Shown here piece by piece: positions 10,446 through 19,214 of a stretch of 62,278 nt of DNA. A program made the translations under genes and the position numbers. The stretch is from a virus. Taxonomy: Duplodnaviria > Caudoviricetes. Under the pieces are notes generated by a model. That model did no database searches. It was not told the DNA's origin and saw nothing but the letters and a program-made list of their open reading frames with translations. Where the stretch lies: positions 1 to 62,278 of IMG/VR virus record IMGVR_UViG_3300009184_000003. One strand, 5' to 3'. The stretch's first letter is position 1. Every line of letters begins with the position of its first letter.

Positions 10446-10474
10446 AAAAAAAAGGCCCATGTCGCCATGGGCCT
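10446..10474 (-). terminator. Intrinsic terminator
   Basis: AGGCCCATG-GCGA-CATGGGCCT followed by a T run on the minus strand. Confidence 0.8.
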
Positions 10475-10497
10475 CCAGTTTACTACATTTATTGCTG

Positions 10498-10665
10498 TTA
10501 CTGCTCTTCTACTTCTTTTTCTACCTCTCCTGCTAATGCTAGAGCTTGTGGCTCTGCTTGTACAACAATTTGTGAAATCACATTGTTGGACTGCGCAAAA
10601 GGTAGTTGACCAAGCAATGAAAGAATGTGGTTCAATTCTTCAAGGCTAAACTCTAATTTAATCAC
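10498..10665 (-). CDS. Small hypothetical protein (55 aa)
   Basis: GTG start coupled to the upstream stop; MIKLEFSLEELNHILSLLGQLPFAQS... Confidence 0.6.
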   Translation of the reverse strand: MIKLEFSLEELNHILSLLGQLPFAQSNNVISQIVVQAEPQALALAGEVEKEVEEQ

Positions 10666-10967
10666 TCGTAGTCCTCTTCATCTTCGTCTTCGTCTTCATC
10701 TACTTCGTACCACTCATCATCTTCTTCATCGTAGTAGTAGTAGACGTCCTCATCTTCATCGTACCAGTATGCTACACCGTCTTCGTCGTACTCGATGTCG
10801 TCGTCTTCTTCATCATCGTACTCTTCTTCGTCGTCAAAATCGTTCTCTGACTCTTCGATCTCTTCGATCTCTTCCAACAAACCAATTACGTGTAACAACT
10901 TAACAGGGTCGTCAGTTGATACCAATACTTCCATACCGTCAATATACAATTGTGCTTCGATAATCAT
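10662..10967 (-). CDS. Very acidic protein (possible nucleic-acid mimic)
   Basis: C-terminal ~70 aa mostly D/E punctuated by Y/W; AAGGAG RBS. Confidence 0.75.
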   Translation of the reverse strand: MIIEAQLYIDGMEVLVSTDDPVKLLHVIGLLEEIEEIEESENDFDDEEEYDDEEDDDIEYDEDGVAYWYDEDEDVYYYYDEEDDEWYEVDEDEDEDEEDYE

Positions 10968-10995
10968 GGTGTTCTCCTTATAGTTTTATTGGGTT

Positions 10996-11169
10996 TGTTG
11001 GTGGCCTTGCTAGGCTCAGGGCGCACTGGAATCCTAAACAGGTGTGCCTACTCGTTCCACTTAATCCAGATACTTTTCACCAACACGGCTGAGGACTGAG
11101 AAGATCGTTCTGACCCACTAGTAAGGCACACAATCCTCATGCGTGTTGGGGCTGGGGTTACCCCCAGCC
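10996..11169 (-). ncRNA. Candidate structured RNA in the SSB-acidic protein intergenic region
   Basis: CCAACACG/CGUGUUGG and UGAGGAUUG/CAGUCCUCA stems, alternative UGUUGGUG/CACCAACA stem, GGCUGGGG/CCCCAGCC hairpin. Confidence 0.55.
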
Positions 11170-11176
11170 TTTCTAC

Positions 11177-11692
11177 TTATACTGCGAAGTCTGTTGCTGC
11201 GGACGAACCACCGCCCAAACGCTCACCATCCTCCAACTTCTGAAGGTTACCCAAACCGCAGGCTATGCCCTTACTGCCGTTGGAGTTGTATGGATAAAAC
11301 GTCAGACTGGCACGGCCATAACAACCGCTGTAAAACTCGTCTGGGTCGATGATGGGATTCAAATCCGCATCTACCACGCCAGGTTTTTGAACCGAGTTGG
11401 CGTTGATGAAGACCGCACCTTGGTACGCCTCGTCATCCTTCTCTGCATCGCCATCTCGCAGGCCGCCTTTGAGGCCTTTAGGGACCGCACCGCCAAAGAA
11501 TGGTCCAGATGCTGCCTTGACCTCCTCGAACGCCGCGTTGAGCTTGGCAATGGTCTCCTTGTCACTCTTGTCAATGATAATTGACACAGAATACTTGGGG
11601 GTCTTACCCTCTTCACTGGCTACGGCTTGGAAGACGTTAGCGTAAGAAAAACGGACCTTGCCGGTTACTACCTTCTTGTTTACTTTTGCCAT
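11177..11692 (-). CDS. Single-stranded DNA-binding protein (DUF2815, T7 gp2.5-like)
   Basis: VRFSYA, KYSVSII, LRDGD, FYSGCYGRA, GIACGLGNLQKLEDGERLGG, aromatic C-terminus; start MAKVNKK chosen. Confidence 0.9.
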   Translation of the reverse strand: MAKVNKKVVTGKVRFSYANVFQAVASEEGKTPKYSVSIIIDKSDKETIAKLNAAFEEVKAASGPFFGGAVPKGLKGGLRDGDAEKDDEAYQGAVFINANSVQKPGVVDADLNPIIDPDEFYSGCYGRASLTFYPYNSNGSKGIACGLGNLQKLEDGERLGGGSSAATDFAV

Positions 11693-11716
11693 CTTTTTTC
11701 CTTGTTTGACTTGAAC

Positions 11717-11750
11717 GACTGGACTTGATGCGGGTGCCAGTCTAAACCCG
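11717..11750 (-). promoter_or_regulatory. H-type RNA pseudoknot in the SSB leader
   Basis: CGGGU-UUA-GACUGG-C-ACCCG-CAUCAAGU-CCAGUC: stem1 5 bp, stem2 6 bp. Confidence 0.7.
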
Positions 11751-11773
11751 TACACATAATAACCCAAATTTCA

Positions 11774-12904
11774 CTATCCGAAATCACCGAAGTCACTGGG
11801 CGCCGTAAACTCTACTAGTTTAGCGGAACCTTCAGGTTTCACTATCAGGTCGCCAAGTAAACCTATGAGTTTCTCTTTCCCGACCACCTTCTCCAACTGC
11901 GCGACCGACTTCAATCTCGGGGGCTCAACAATATCCTCCACCTGAAAACCTTGTCTAAATAGCAACATTTTAACGCGGTCCTCGTCGTCAATCTTGCGCT
12001 TGGTTGAGGTGTATCCCAGTGTGAAACCCGCGGGTACATCGCCATCCACCGCACGCTTTAGTAGGTGCTCCTCGACGTCACTGATCCACTTCTTAATCAG
12101 ACCCGCACGCTTTAGTACGGTCACTAGCTCCTCCTCAGACAAGAGTGCCGGTGGTTTGAAGTCGTCTGCTACGGCTGCCTGCATGAAGTCACTACGGGCA
12201 CGACACTGGGACTTCGCACGACAGAACGTGCAGTGATCCCCAGGCATGAAGTCACCCGAGCCTGCCCACGCCTTCTTGGCCTTTGGTTTGACTACATGCT
12301 CCGCCCAGTCTAGTAGCTGAAACAGCTCCATCTTTTCCGTGCTGATGTGCTCCAACCTAGGCTGCGAGATGGTGTACTCAATGTGCGTAATATTGGGGTG
12401 CGCGTCCTTGTACATGTTCCACGTACCCAGCGCGTACAATCGAAGCTGTGGATTCTCTTCGGCGTCAATCTTGTTACCCACACCGAATTTTAAATCTATG
12501 ACACGTATCGTTGTGTTGTTAATGATAACCACGTCAGCCGTACCAAACCCCTCTGGCACCCAGTCACTGAAGTCTACGCGCTGCTCAAAGTATGGCGTGT
12601 CATTCTCGCCAATCTGAGAGCGAACGTATAGCACGTAGTCGTCTACGAACTTCTCAAACTCCTCGTCGTAGAACGGCGTCTCTTTTACCTCGTTGACTTC
12701 CTTGAGATACTCCGCCGCACTGATCTGGCCGTAGTGGCGCTTTAGTTTAGCCTCCGCTAACTTGTGTGCCGTTGTGCCATTGAGACTGTGGTCGAATGAC
12801 CCAGCTTTACGTTTTGGTTCAGGAAGGACAGACTCTAAGCGCGCACTGGGCGAGCAGCTCATCCACCTGTAAGCGCCAGAGGCGCTTAACATTGCGTGTG
12901 CCAT
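11774..12904 (-). CDS. DUF2800 PD-(D/E)XK (Cas4-like) exonuclease
   Basis: HAMLSAS..RW..C, GTTAH, FGTADVVI, IDLKFG, NPQLRLYALG, HCTFCRAKSQC. Confidence 0.9.
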   Translation of the reverse strand: MAHAMLSASGAYRWMSCSPSARLESVLPEPKRKAGSFDHSLNGTTAHKLAEAKLKRHYGQISAAEYLKEVNEVKETPFYDEEFEKFVDDYVLYVRSQIGENDTPYFEQRVDFSDWVPEGFGTADVVIINNTTIRVIDLKFGVGNKIDAEENPQLRLYALGTWNMYKDAHPNITHIEYTISQPRLEHISTEKMELFQLLDWAEHVVKPKAKKAWAGSGDFMPGDHCTFCRAKSQCRARSDFMQAAVADDFKPPALLSEEELVTVLKRAGLIKKWISDVEEHLLKRAVDGDVPAGFTLGYTSTKRKIDDEDRVKMLLFRQGFQVEDIVEPPRLKSVAQLEKVVGKEKLIGLLGDLIVKPEGSAKLVEFTAPSDFGDFG

Positions 12905-12935
12905 AATACCTTTCTACAAAGGTTACAAGTTGTGT

Positions 12936-13343
12936 TTAGACTGACTTTTTAAGTTGCGCTATCAGGTCGTTAACCGCTGAACCAAAGTCTACCTCGACCT
13001 TGGCGTTTAGATCAACCTTCGTGCCGCGCTCTTCTCGATACGTTTCACCGAACTGGCCACGTAAAGCAATCTCAACCAAACGACTGTTAAATGCCTTGTT
13101 CTCCACGTTGGCCAAAATCAAACGCTCCCAGTAGGCCTGCGCCTCAGTAATCGCCTGATCCAGTGCCTCAGCAAAATCTGCGTGCTCTTTCTTAAACCGT
13201 TGCGCCACCGAGGAGGATATCCCCACCGACGAAAACATCATCTTCTGAGAGGCGCCCTCTTTCCCCAGCGCGATAATCTTTTCACAGATCGCCGGATCAT
13301 ACTCGTACTTGTACTTGGTACGGGTTTTCTTTTCTGTTGCCAT
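12936..13343 (-). CDS. terS: Putative terminase small subunit (HTH)
   Basis: YDPAICEKII..G..G.S......GIS.......K.H..F.EA pattern typical of P22/Sf6-like TerS. Confidence 0.65.
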   Translation of the reverse strand: MATEKKTRTKYKYEYDPAICEKIIALGKEGASQKMMFSSVGISSSVAQRFKKEHADFAEALDQAITEAQAYWERLILANVENKAFNSRLVEIALRGQFGETYREERGTKVDLNAKVEVDFGSAVNDLIAQLKKSV

Positions 13344-13380
13344 GGTAGTTTCCTTATAATAGACCGCTCATCGCGGCCTT

Positions 13381-13418
13381 CTATACAGAATTACCCATTT
13401 TCTGGTGGGTTCTTGGCC
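13381..13418 (-). promoter_or_regulatory. Late-type promoter variant GGCCA-N16-TGGGTAATT upstream of the terS-like gene
   Basis: Same spacing and -10 box as the six plus-strand late motifs. Confidence 0.55.
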
Positions 13419-13573
13419 AGAGTCTCGTCACGAATTTGTGCTCGTTGTTTGGCCTCCTTGATCGCGTCGTTGATCACCAAGCGCGTCACCGCACCGGCCA
13501 TCTCCGCAATACGTTGGTCTTTGCTTTTGACTCCCAGTGAGTCAAGTAAGTTGGTTGCTGTGTTCTTTTTCAT
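13391..13573 (-). CDS. Hypothetical protein
   Basis: 60 aa ORF, translationally coupled. Confidence 0.65.
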   Translation of the reverse strand: MKKNTATNLLDSLGVKSKDQRIAEMAGAVTRLVINDAIKEAKQRAQIRDETLAKNPPENG

Positions 13574-13722
13574 TTTTCATTCCTTTTACGAATAATATCG
13601 ATACACCCCTCTACTGCGGTGTACCACCCAATGTGCTGCCCGTCACCGTCCTCTTCCATGAACTCTTGGAGTGCCTCAATAATTTCTTGCCGCTCACGTT
13701 TAAGTAACTCGTCTTCGGTCAC
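13570..13722 (-). CDS. Hypothetical protein (50 aa)
   Basis: Manual translation MTEDELLKRERQEIIEALQEF...; coupled overlaps on both sides. Confidence 0.55.
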   Translation of the reverse strand: MTEDELLKRERQEIIEALQEFMEEDGDGQHIGWYTAVEGCIDIIRKRNEK

Positions 13723-13967
13723 TGCACGCCTCCCCACTTCTTGTAGTCAAACATATTCTTTTCTGCTGAGTCGTCGATCACCTTCTTGTTACCCGCCGCG
13801 ATGACATCGTGCACCGTTGCCAGTGACGTGATGATATTTAAAAGTGTTAGTCGTTGCGCTTCATCCACTAGTGCCTCGACACTGGTAGCGTCTGCGCTGA
13901 ACACGCCTGGGGCTATCTCTTCAAACCCCGCTTCTTTTGCTAACCCACTGTATTTAAATTTACTCAC
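13719..13967 (-). CDS. Hypothetical protein
   Basis: GTG start coupled to the upstream stop (shorter than the track ORF). Confidence 0.6.
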   Translation of the reverse strand: MSKFKYSGLAKEAGFEEIAPGVFSADATSVEALVDEAQRLTLLNIITSLATVHDVIAAGNKKVIDDSAEKNMFDYKKWGGVQ

Positions 13968-14257
13968 AGCTTTAATTCCTTTCGTATGCGTTTGATTGCC
14001 TGCGCCCAGTGGTATCGCCAATACTTTTCAGTGACGGCTAAGTCTTTGTGTGTGTACCCCAGTAGGTGTGCCTCCACGATCTCTTGCTGCTGAGGTGTTA
14101 GCTTACTGGAGATAACATTGTAGACGTCTTGAACGGTATCAGGCCCCCACGGTGCCCAGTGTATCGCCGCCAGTGGTTCTACACTGGGGTCGTCACTCTC
14201 CATAGGATCAACTTCTTCATCAGACAACCGCCGAATCGTTGCGTTAAATTTTCTCAT
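13964..14257 (-). CDS. Stand-alone sigma70 region 4-like HTH protein
   Basis: KLTPQQQEIV...GYTHKDLAVTEKYWRYHWAQAIKRIRK aligns by eye with sigma region 4 (LT.RE..V...VTRERIRQIEAKALRKLR). Confidence 0.6.
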   Translation of the reverse strand: MRKFNATIRRLSDEEVDPMESDDPSVEPLAAIHWAPWGPDTVQDVYNVISSKLTPQQQEIVEAHLLGYTHKDLAVTEKYWRYHWAQAIKRIRKELKL

Positions 14258-15582
14258 TGCAATTTAAGCGCATTCATCAGCGCCTCCTGTGTGTCAATCT
14301 TTCCCTGCAGTACGTCCATCACCTGCGCGTCAATACTCTTGGCCATCGTTAAATGATGCACGATCACGGGTTTGGTTTGCCCCTGTCTAAACACCCTGGC
14401 GTTTGCCTGCAGGTAGTCTTCACCTGACCACGGCAAATCAAACCACACGATCTGCGCCGTATCACCCACGTTACACTGCAGGTTCAATCCGATGCCTACA
14501 CTCTTGGGGTGGCAGAGTAGTGTGCTGATCTTGCCCTCTCTCCATCCCCTGATAGTCGCCTCATCATCTGGATCGAGCACCACCGCATCAGGTAGCGCCT
14601 TCCTCAATCGATTGAGTGCGTGCTTGTAGTTGTAGAATATCAGCGTAGGTGTCTCATCTATCATGTCGAGCAAATAGTCCACCTTGTCTGTGTGGACCTC
14701 GGTGACTTTCTTTTCTTCATTATAAATTTCGCCTGACGTAATCTGCAGTAGCTTGTTGGTCAACACACCCGCTGTGACTGCCGTCACTGTGTCGCCCTTC
14801 ACCTCAGCCACCATGTCCTTCTTCATGCGCTTGTAGATATCTAAGGCCTTCTTACTCCATTCGATTTGGTGCGTGATGTCCTGACGTTCTGGCATCGTCA
14901 AGTAGTCATCAGCGCGCAAAGAAAAACAGACGTCAGATATCTTTGCATCAATTAATTCTTTTGCTCCATGTTTTAATTTCCAACTCCACACGACACCAGT
15001 GCGTCGATCCTTTTGATCTGGCTCAAAGTATTGATCTTTAAACTTCGTCATTGACGAACCAAGCCGATGGCCAAGATCGAGAATAGAAACTTGGGTCCAC
15101 AGGTCCAGATATGACTTGGGCGTGGGTGTTCCTGTCAAAATATACCGATGCTGAAAGTTTTTGAGCATACCCTTTAACGCCTTCCATCTTTTCGACGTTG
15201 GGTTCTTGAAGCGGCTGCTCTCGTCGATCACCAGAGTCGTCCACTGTGGTAGATTCGTCTGTCCCATTAGCCATACAACATTTTCCACATTCACGATGTA
15301 AACATCTGCAGGTGAGTGCAGTGCATCCATTCTTTCCTGCGGTGTGCCCACAATCAATGCAAACTTTAATTGGGTCGTGTGTTCCCATTGTTTAGCCTCC
15401 TGTCGCCATACGTTCTTCGCTACCGCCTTCGGGGCTATGATCAGCGTCTTGCCCTTGATGATGGTCAGCGTCGTGATTGTCTTTCCTAAACCCATGTCCA
15501 TCAGCAGGCCCATGTGCGGGATCTGCTTACTCTTTTCGATCAGTCTCCTCTGGTACTCGTGGAGATTCTCTAAACGCAACAT
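14254..15582 (-). CDS. SNF2-family (SF2) helicase
   Basis: LHEYQ, DMGLGKT, VIDESS, LTGTP, GLNLQ, QANARVFRQGQ. Confidence 0.92.
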   Translation of the reverse strand: MLRLENLHEYQRRLIEKSKQIPHMGLLMDMGLGKTITTLTIIKGKTLIIAPKAVAKNVWRQEAKQWEHTTQLKFALIVGTPQERMDALHSPADVYIVNVENVVWLMGQTNLPQWTTLVIDESSRFKNPTSKRWKALKGMLKNFQHRYILTGTPTPKSYLDLWTQVSILDLGHRLGSSMTKFKDQYFEPDQKDRRTGVVWSWKLKHGAKELIDAKISDVCFSLRADDYLTMPERQDITHQIEWSKKALDIYKRMKKDMVAEVKGDTVTAVTAGVLTNKLLQITSGEIYNEEKKVTEVHTDKVDYLLDMIDETPTLIFYNYKHALNRLRKALPDAVVLDPDDEATIRGWREGKISTLLCHPKSVGIGLNLQCNVGDTAQIVWFDLPWSGEDYLQANARVFRQGQTKPVIVHHLTMAKSIDAQVMDVLQGKIDTQEALMNALKLQ

Positions 15583-16058
15583 CAGTAGCCTCCTCTTTCT
15601 CGCGCTGCTTGGCTATTATCAACCTTTGTATATGCAGGTCTCGTGATGTAGGTGAAGGCGGGATCATTGAAATGTGGGGGATGGGCTCCACCATTTTCTA
15701 CTTCCTTTCGTTTTTTATGAAGCCAGTCTGCAACTGCATACAGCTCCTTCTCAGTTGCCGTTGACTTGATTGTGTTTGCCTTATGGGATATCCACGCAAC
15801 ATTGCCTCTGACGTACCCCATGTCTGGAATGATGCGGTCTAATGAAGGTGAGTCATCTGCCGGTGACCCATTACCACCATACCCCCACTTCAGTGGCACT
15901 TTAAATATCGGACATAAATTTGGGGCGATGGCTGAAAGATATTTTGTATCAACTTCGAACTTAATATCTTTTGCTTTCGCTCGTCTTTTTATGTCATATC
16001 GTAGTCGTGCTATGTGTGTCTGCTTGGCTTGATCAAATGCTTTTTCAGGATTAGTCAC
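15582..16058 (-). CDS. HNH / endonuclease VII-like homing endonuclease
   Basis: CPIF...PSLDRIIPDMGYVRGNVAWIS..AN..K motif. Confidence 0.75.
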   Translation of the reverse strand: MTNPEKAFDQAKQTHIARLRYDIKRRAKAKDIKFEVDTKYLSAIAPNLCPIFKVPLKWGYGGNGSPADDSPSLDRIIPDMGYVRGNVAWISHKANTIKSTATEKELYAVADWLHKKRKEVENGGAHPPHFNDPAFTYITRPAYTKVDNSQAARERGGY

Positions 16059-16327
16059 AGCGTCTCCACAAATTGTTTAACGTCTTCCTCGCTTGCCAGT
16101 ACGTGGACCTTTATGCCTATCCCCTCCAACTGACCAAGAAAAAATATCTGTCGTGCTGATAGCTTTCCTTGTGGGTCTTTTAGTTCCACTAACTTTATCT
16201 GGCTGTTGCACAGAACTATCCGATCCGGCACCCCCGTCATGCTGGGGCTCACCCACTTCAGGCACAGTCCCTTCTTTTCCTTCACCAACTTGACCAGAAG
16301 TTTTTCGATTGCTTTTTCGTTTTGCAT
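16055..16327 (-). CDS. VRR-NUC domain nuclease
   Basis: EKAIE..L......GLCLKW.SP..TGVPDRIV...VELK...G.LS..Q. Confidence 0.88.
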   Translation of the reverse strand: MQNEKAIEKLLVKLVKEKKGLCLKWVSPSMTGVPDRIVLCNSQIKLVELKDPQGKLSARQIFFLGQLEGIGIKVHVLASEEDVKQFVETL

Positions 16328-16715
16328 ACTTGTGTATCTCCATGACGCACGCCTGATAGATCTGCTCTACCAAGTGCTGCATTAGGTAGGCGCGTGTCTC
16401 TTCGCCTACCCCTTCATCCTCGCCGATGTGCTCAAAAATTCTTTCAACGACGTGGATGGTCTCATGCGCCACGATACCCGCCATTCCAGATACATCATGC
16501 GCAATTGATTCGACACCAAAGATAACGACGACAAACGACTCACCTTGATTACTGAATGCGTATGTCTCCGCTATCCCATGCTGCAGTGGTGCCACCTCAG
16601 GGTTAACATACTCCGGCACCCCGTACTTTTTAAGTATCTTAAAAAAGTCTTTGCTTGAAAAGCATACCTCGACAGGCGTTGGAAAAAATCCCGCGTCTAT
16701 GTTGTAGATACTCAT
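16077..16715 (-). CDS. HExxH (zincin-like) protein with a C-terminal tail overlapping the VRR-NUC gene
   Basis: IVAHETIH...EETRAY motif; last ~83 codons overprint VRR-NUC. Confidence 0.65.
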   Translation of the reverse strand: MSIYNIDAGFFPTPVEVCFSSKDFFKILKKYGVPEYVNPEVAPLQHGIAETYAFSNQGESFVVVIFGVESIAHDVSGMAGIVAHETIHVVERIFEHIGEDEGVGEETRAYLMQHLVEQIYQACVMEIHKYAKRKSNRKTSGQVGEGKEGTVPEVGEPQHDGGAGSDSSVQQPDKVSGTKRPTRKAISTTDIFSWSVGGDRHKGPRTGKRGRR

Positions 16716-19018
16716 GCGAATATTTCCTCTTTCTCAAATTGAGATATACCATCGATGTACTTCTTGGCCTTCGCATTCAGCTTCACACCGCGATAGATGT
16801 TACACAACTCACCATCGACGCGCGCACGCTCTGCAACCACTCGATGATCCTGAGTCGCTGCAAGAAAACGACGCTTGAATGTTAAGTCATTACCTGGTGG
16901 TATGTTCTTCGCGGTGCTCCAACGCCTCCAACATGTAAAGACGTCATCCTTCTGTGCGAATCCCTCAAGGTCATACTCCAGTGCGTCAGTCACGAACGAA
17001 CCAATCGGGTTGCCTAACTCTTCCATCAACTCCAACAACTCACGACCTGTTGATGGTTGCTGGAATCGCTGACCCTCACGCGCCATGCGTCGCTGCTGAC
17101 CCTCGATGGACCAGTTAAAAATACCTGGTAGCTCCTTCGCGAGTCTGTCTGCAAGCTGCGTGTCTTCCTTGCCGTAAAAGCTGTTGCTCATCTTAAAGAC
17201 TATCATTCGCCCTGTCAGTGCGTTTGAGTTTTCTGTAAGCTGCAAGGCCTCGTTGGAGTAGATCACGATACGCGTTGGCAAGTAGCCGGACCACGACTCT
17301 TTGTTTTTCCGATTTACCGTGACAGTATCTCCACCAACAATACGCAGTAACTGGCTCACGACAGCACCCCTGTTGCGATCCGGCGCACGGGCATCCGTGA
17401 AAGATGCGAGTAGCTTTCCGATCCAAGGCTGTAGCCCAAAGGTATCGCAGAGTTCTTCTAACTGCGGCGCGACAGTGTTGTGTTGTCCAAGTAGCGATAC
17501 AAGCACCTTATTGATTGTGCCCTTGCCTGAACGACGTGGGCCGATGATATTAAAAAACTTCTGTTGACTGGAGTCACCCGAGAGTATGTAGCCAAACATC
17601 TCCTGCAGGCAGTCTACGCTCTCCTGATCCTCTGGCCACAGGTCATTCAAGAACTTCATCCACGTCGGGCACTCAGCCGTTGGGTCATACGCAAACGGTA
17701 ATGAGTTTAACGTGAAGAAGCCCAGTGAGTGCGGTATCAAAAGATTCTGCTCAGTATGGAATAACCCATTTTTGAGCGATACCAGTTTCGCGGGGTCAGG
17801 CCTGTCGTTGCCGTACCCATCCAACCACACCGGTGGTCGGGTGTTGGACGTGTTGGGCAGGTGGGTCGTAGCCTTCACCGCGTCCAAAATACCAGACACG
17901 GTAGAGGGGCCTGGGTTGAACGGGGTCAGGTTGTTCTTGCGGTCAAACTTCTTGCACTTGTCCAAGAAGTCGTATAGGTGCGACCTGACCGTGGCCTCCT
18001 CGATGTCCTCGTAGTGCGTGCCCTTGAACTGGAACATGTCACCGGCGTAGCTCGTCAGTGTCGTGCCCTCTTCGCAGGTGTAGCGGCTGTCCAAGAACTC
18101 CTTGGCGTGGTTCAAAGGCCCACCATGCAGCACCTTTTCCCCGTTCGCTATGACCTCCGCCTCCTTACCCTGACGCACCTTGAAGACCAGTGACCGGAGT
18201 GTAGTCCCGCCGGTGCCCCCGAACGTAGACCACTTCTTCTCACACTCACCCTCGACGTAGGTGGGGCAGTTGCCGTCAGCATACGACCACCGATCCCATA
18301 GCTCCAAGGCCTCGTAGTCACCCGCGAACTGGTGCTGTAGGGCCATGCCGACCGCCAACCAACCCGCGTACCCACAGTCGGGGTCGATGCTTGCCAGTAG
18401 CTCGGTCTCAACGCGTGCCAGATCCCAACCCTCCAGTGGTGGGCTGTAGTCCGCAAACGAATCGCCGGTGTGCACACGTTGGCGCTCAGGCACCAGACTC
18501 TGTAGGTCCTGCTCCTCGTCTGGTATGGACCCACCTAGGGTGTGGCCTGTGACCGTGAAGTAGCGCCCCCGTGGGTAGATCTCAAGGCCCTTGTCGTGGT
18601 CAACGTGCGCCGTGTTCAGTTGCGCCCGTGTGAATATCTTGATGCCGGTGCCTGATGGACTGATCTCACAGTAGCCACTGATCTGGTCCTTGATAGCCTG
18701 CGCGTGGTCGGCTAGTGTGCCGGCATCCAAGCAGTCATCCAAGTCGATGCCCATGATGCCGTCAGACCCATCAAACACAAACCCAACCCCATCAAACTTA
18801 CCAGACTCGTAAGCCTCCTGCGCATGTAAAAAGTCAGTCCACGTCTCAGGGTTTGTAGAACTGGCTGACGTACCGCTTGACTGCAGCGGCAGCTTCGCCC
18901 AACGCCTGCTTGATCCTTCCCCAACCTGTACGTACCTCCACAGTACCCACCGTGAGATTTTCTTCAGCGCTATCGGTATGTTCTCGAACTTCACTTCTAA
19001 CGTCGTCGGTTTTTCCAT
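16712..19018 (-). CDS. Primase-polymerase / PriCT-2 / D5-like SF3 helicase fusion
   Basis: GIDLDDC, EISPSGTGIKIF, W..VGMAL...WDRWS, GPRRSGKGT Walker A. Confidence 0.92.
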   Translation of the reverse strand: MEKPTTLEVKFENIPIALKKISRWVLWRYVQVGEGSSRRWAKLPLQSSGTSASSTNPETWTDFLHAQEAYESGKFDGVGFVFDGSDGIMGIDLDDCLDAGTLADHAQAIKDQISGYCEISPSGTGIKIFTRAQLNTAHVDHDKGLEIYPRGRYFTVTGHTLGGSIPDEEQDLQSLVPERQRVHTGDSFADYSPPLEGWDLARVETELLASIDPDCGYAGWLAVGMALQHQFAGDYEALELWDRWSYADGNCPTYVEGECEKKWSTFGGTGGTTLRSLVFKVRQGKEAEVIANGEKVLHGGPLNHAKEFLDSRYTCEEGTTLTSYAGDMFQFKGTHYEDIEEATVRSHLYDFLDKCKKFDRKNNLTPFNPGPSTVSGILDAVKATTHLPNTSNTRPPVWLDGYGNDRPDPAKLVSLKNGLFHTEQNLLIPHSLGFFTLNSLPFAYDPTAECPTWMKFLNDLWPEDQESVDCLQEMFGYILSGDSSQQKFFNIIGPRRSGKGTINKVLVSLLGQHNTVAPQLEELCDTFGLQPWIGKLLASFTDARAPDRNRGAVVSQLLRIVGGDTVTVNRKNKESWSGYLPTRIVIYSNEALQLTENSNALTGRMIVFKMSNSFYGKEDTQLADRLAKELPGIFNWSIEGQQRRMAREGQRFQQPSTGRELLELMEELGNPIGSFVTDALEYDLEGFAQKDDVFTCWRRWSTAKNIPPGNDLTFKRRFLAATQDHRVVAERARVDGELCNIYRGVKLNAKAKKYIDGISQFEKEEIFA

Positions 19019-19214
19019 CTATGGCCTCTATACTTATAATAATTCCGAAAGGAGTCACAATGTTAGGTCCGCCGTGGTTCAGCTTGTAGCTGAGTATGCG
19101 TGGTGAGCGCCCACAGGCTGTTGCTGCCTCTTTAATGCTTGAGTAGACAGCCGTGTGATACAACTTGCCGTCATACGCCGCATCATCGCAGCCAAAAGTA
19201 ATTTTGATCTTCAT
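18846..19214 (-). CDS. Small HTH protein (NUMOD1-like)
   Basis: YSSIKEAATACG pattern; tail overlaps the primase start. Confidence 0.5.
   Translation of the reverse strand: MKIKITFGCDDAAYDGKLYHTAVYSSIKEAATACGRSPRILSYKLNHGGPNIVTPFGIIISIEAIDGKTDDVRSEVREHTDSAEENLTVGTVEVRTGWGRIKQALGEAAAAVKRYVSQFYKP

Noticed and set aside
10996-11080. tRNA gene
   Set aside because: An acceptor-like stem is present, but no TTC T-loop or canonical D and anticodon arms
11774-12904. Cas4 as evidence for a CRISPR system
   Set aside because: A typical DUF2800 replication-module nuclease beside SSB and PolA; no array
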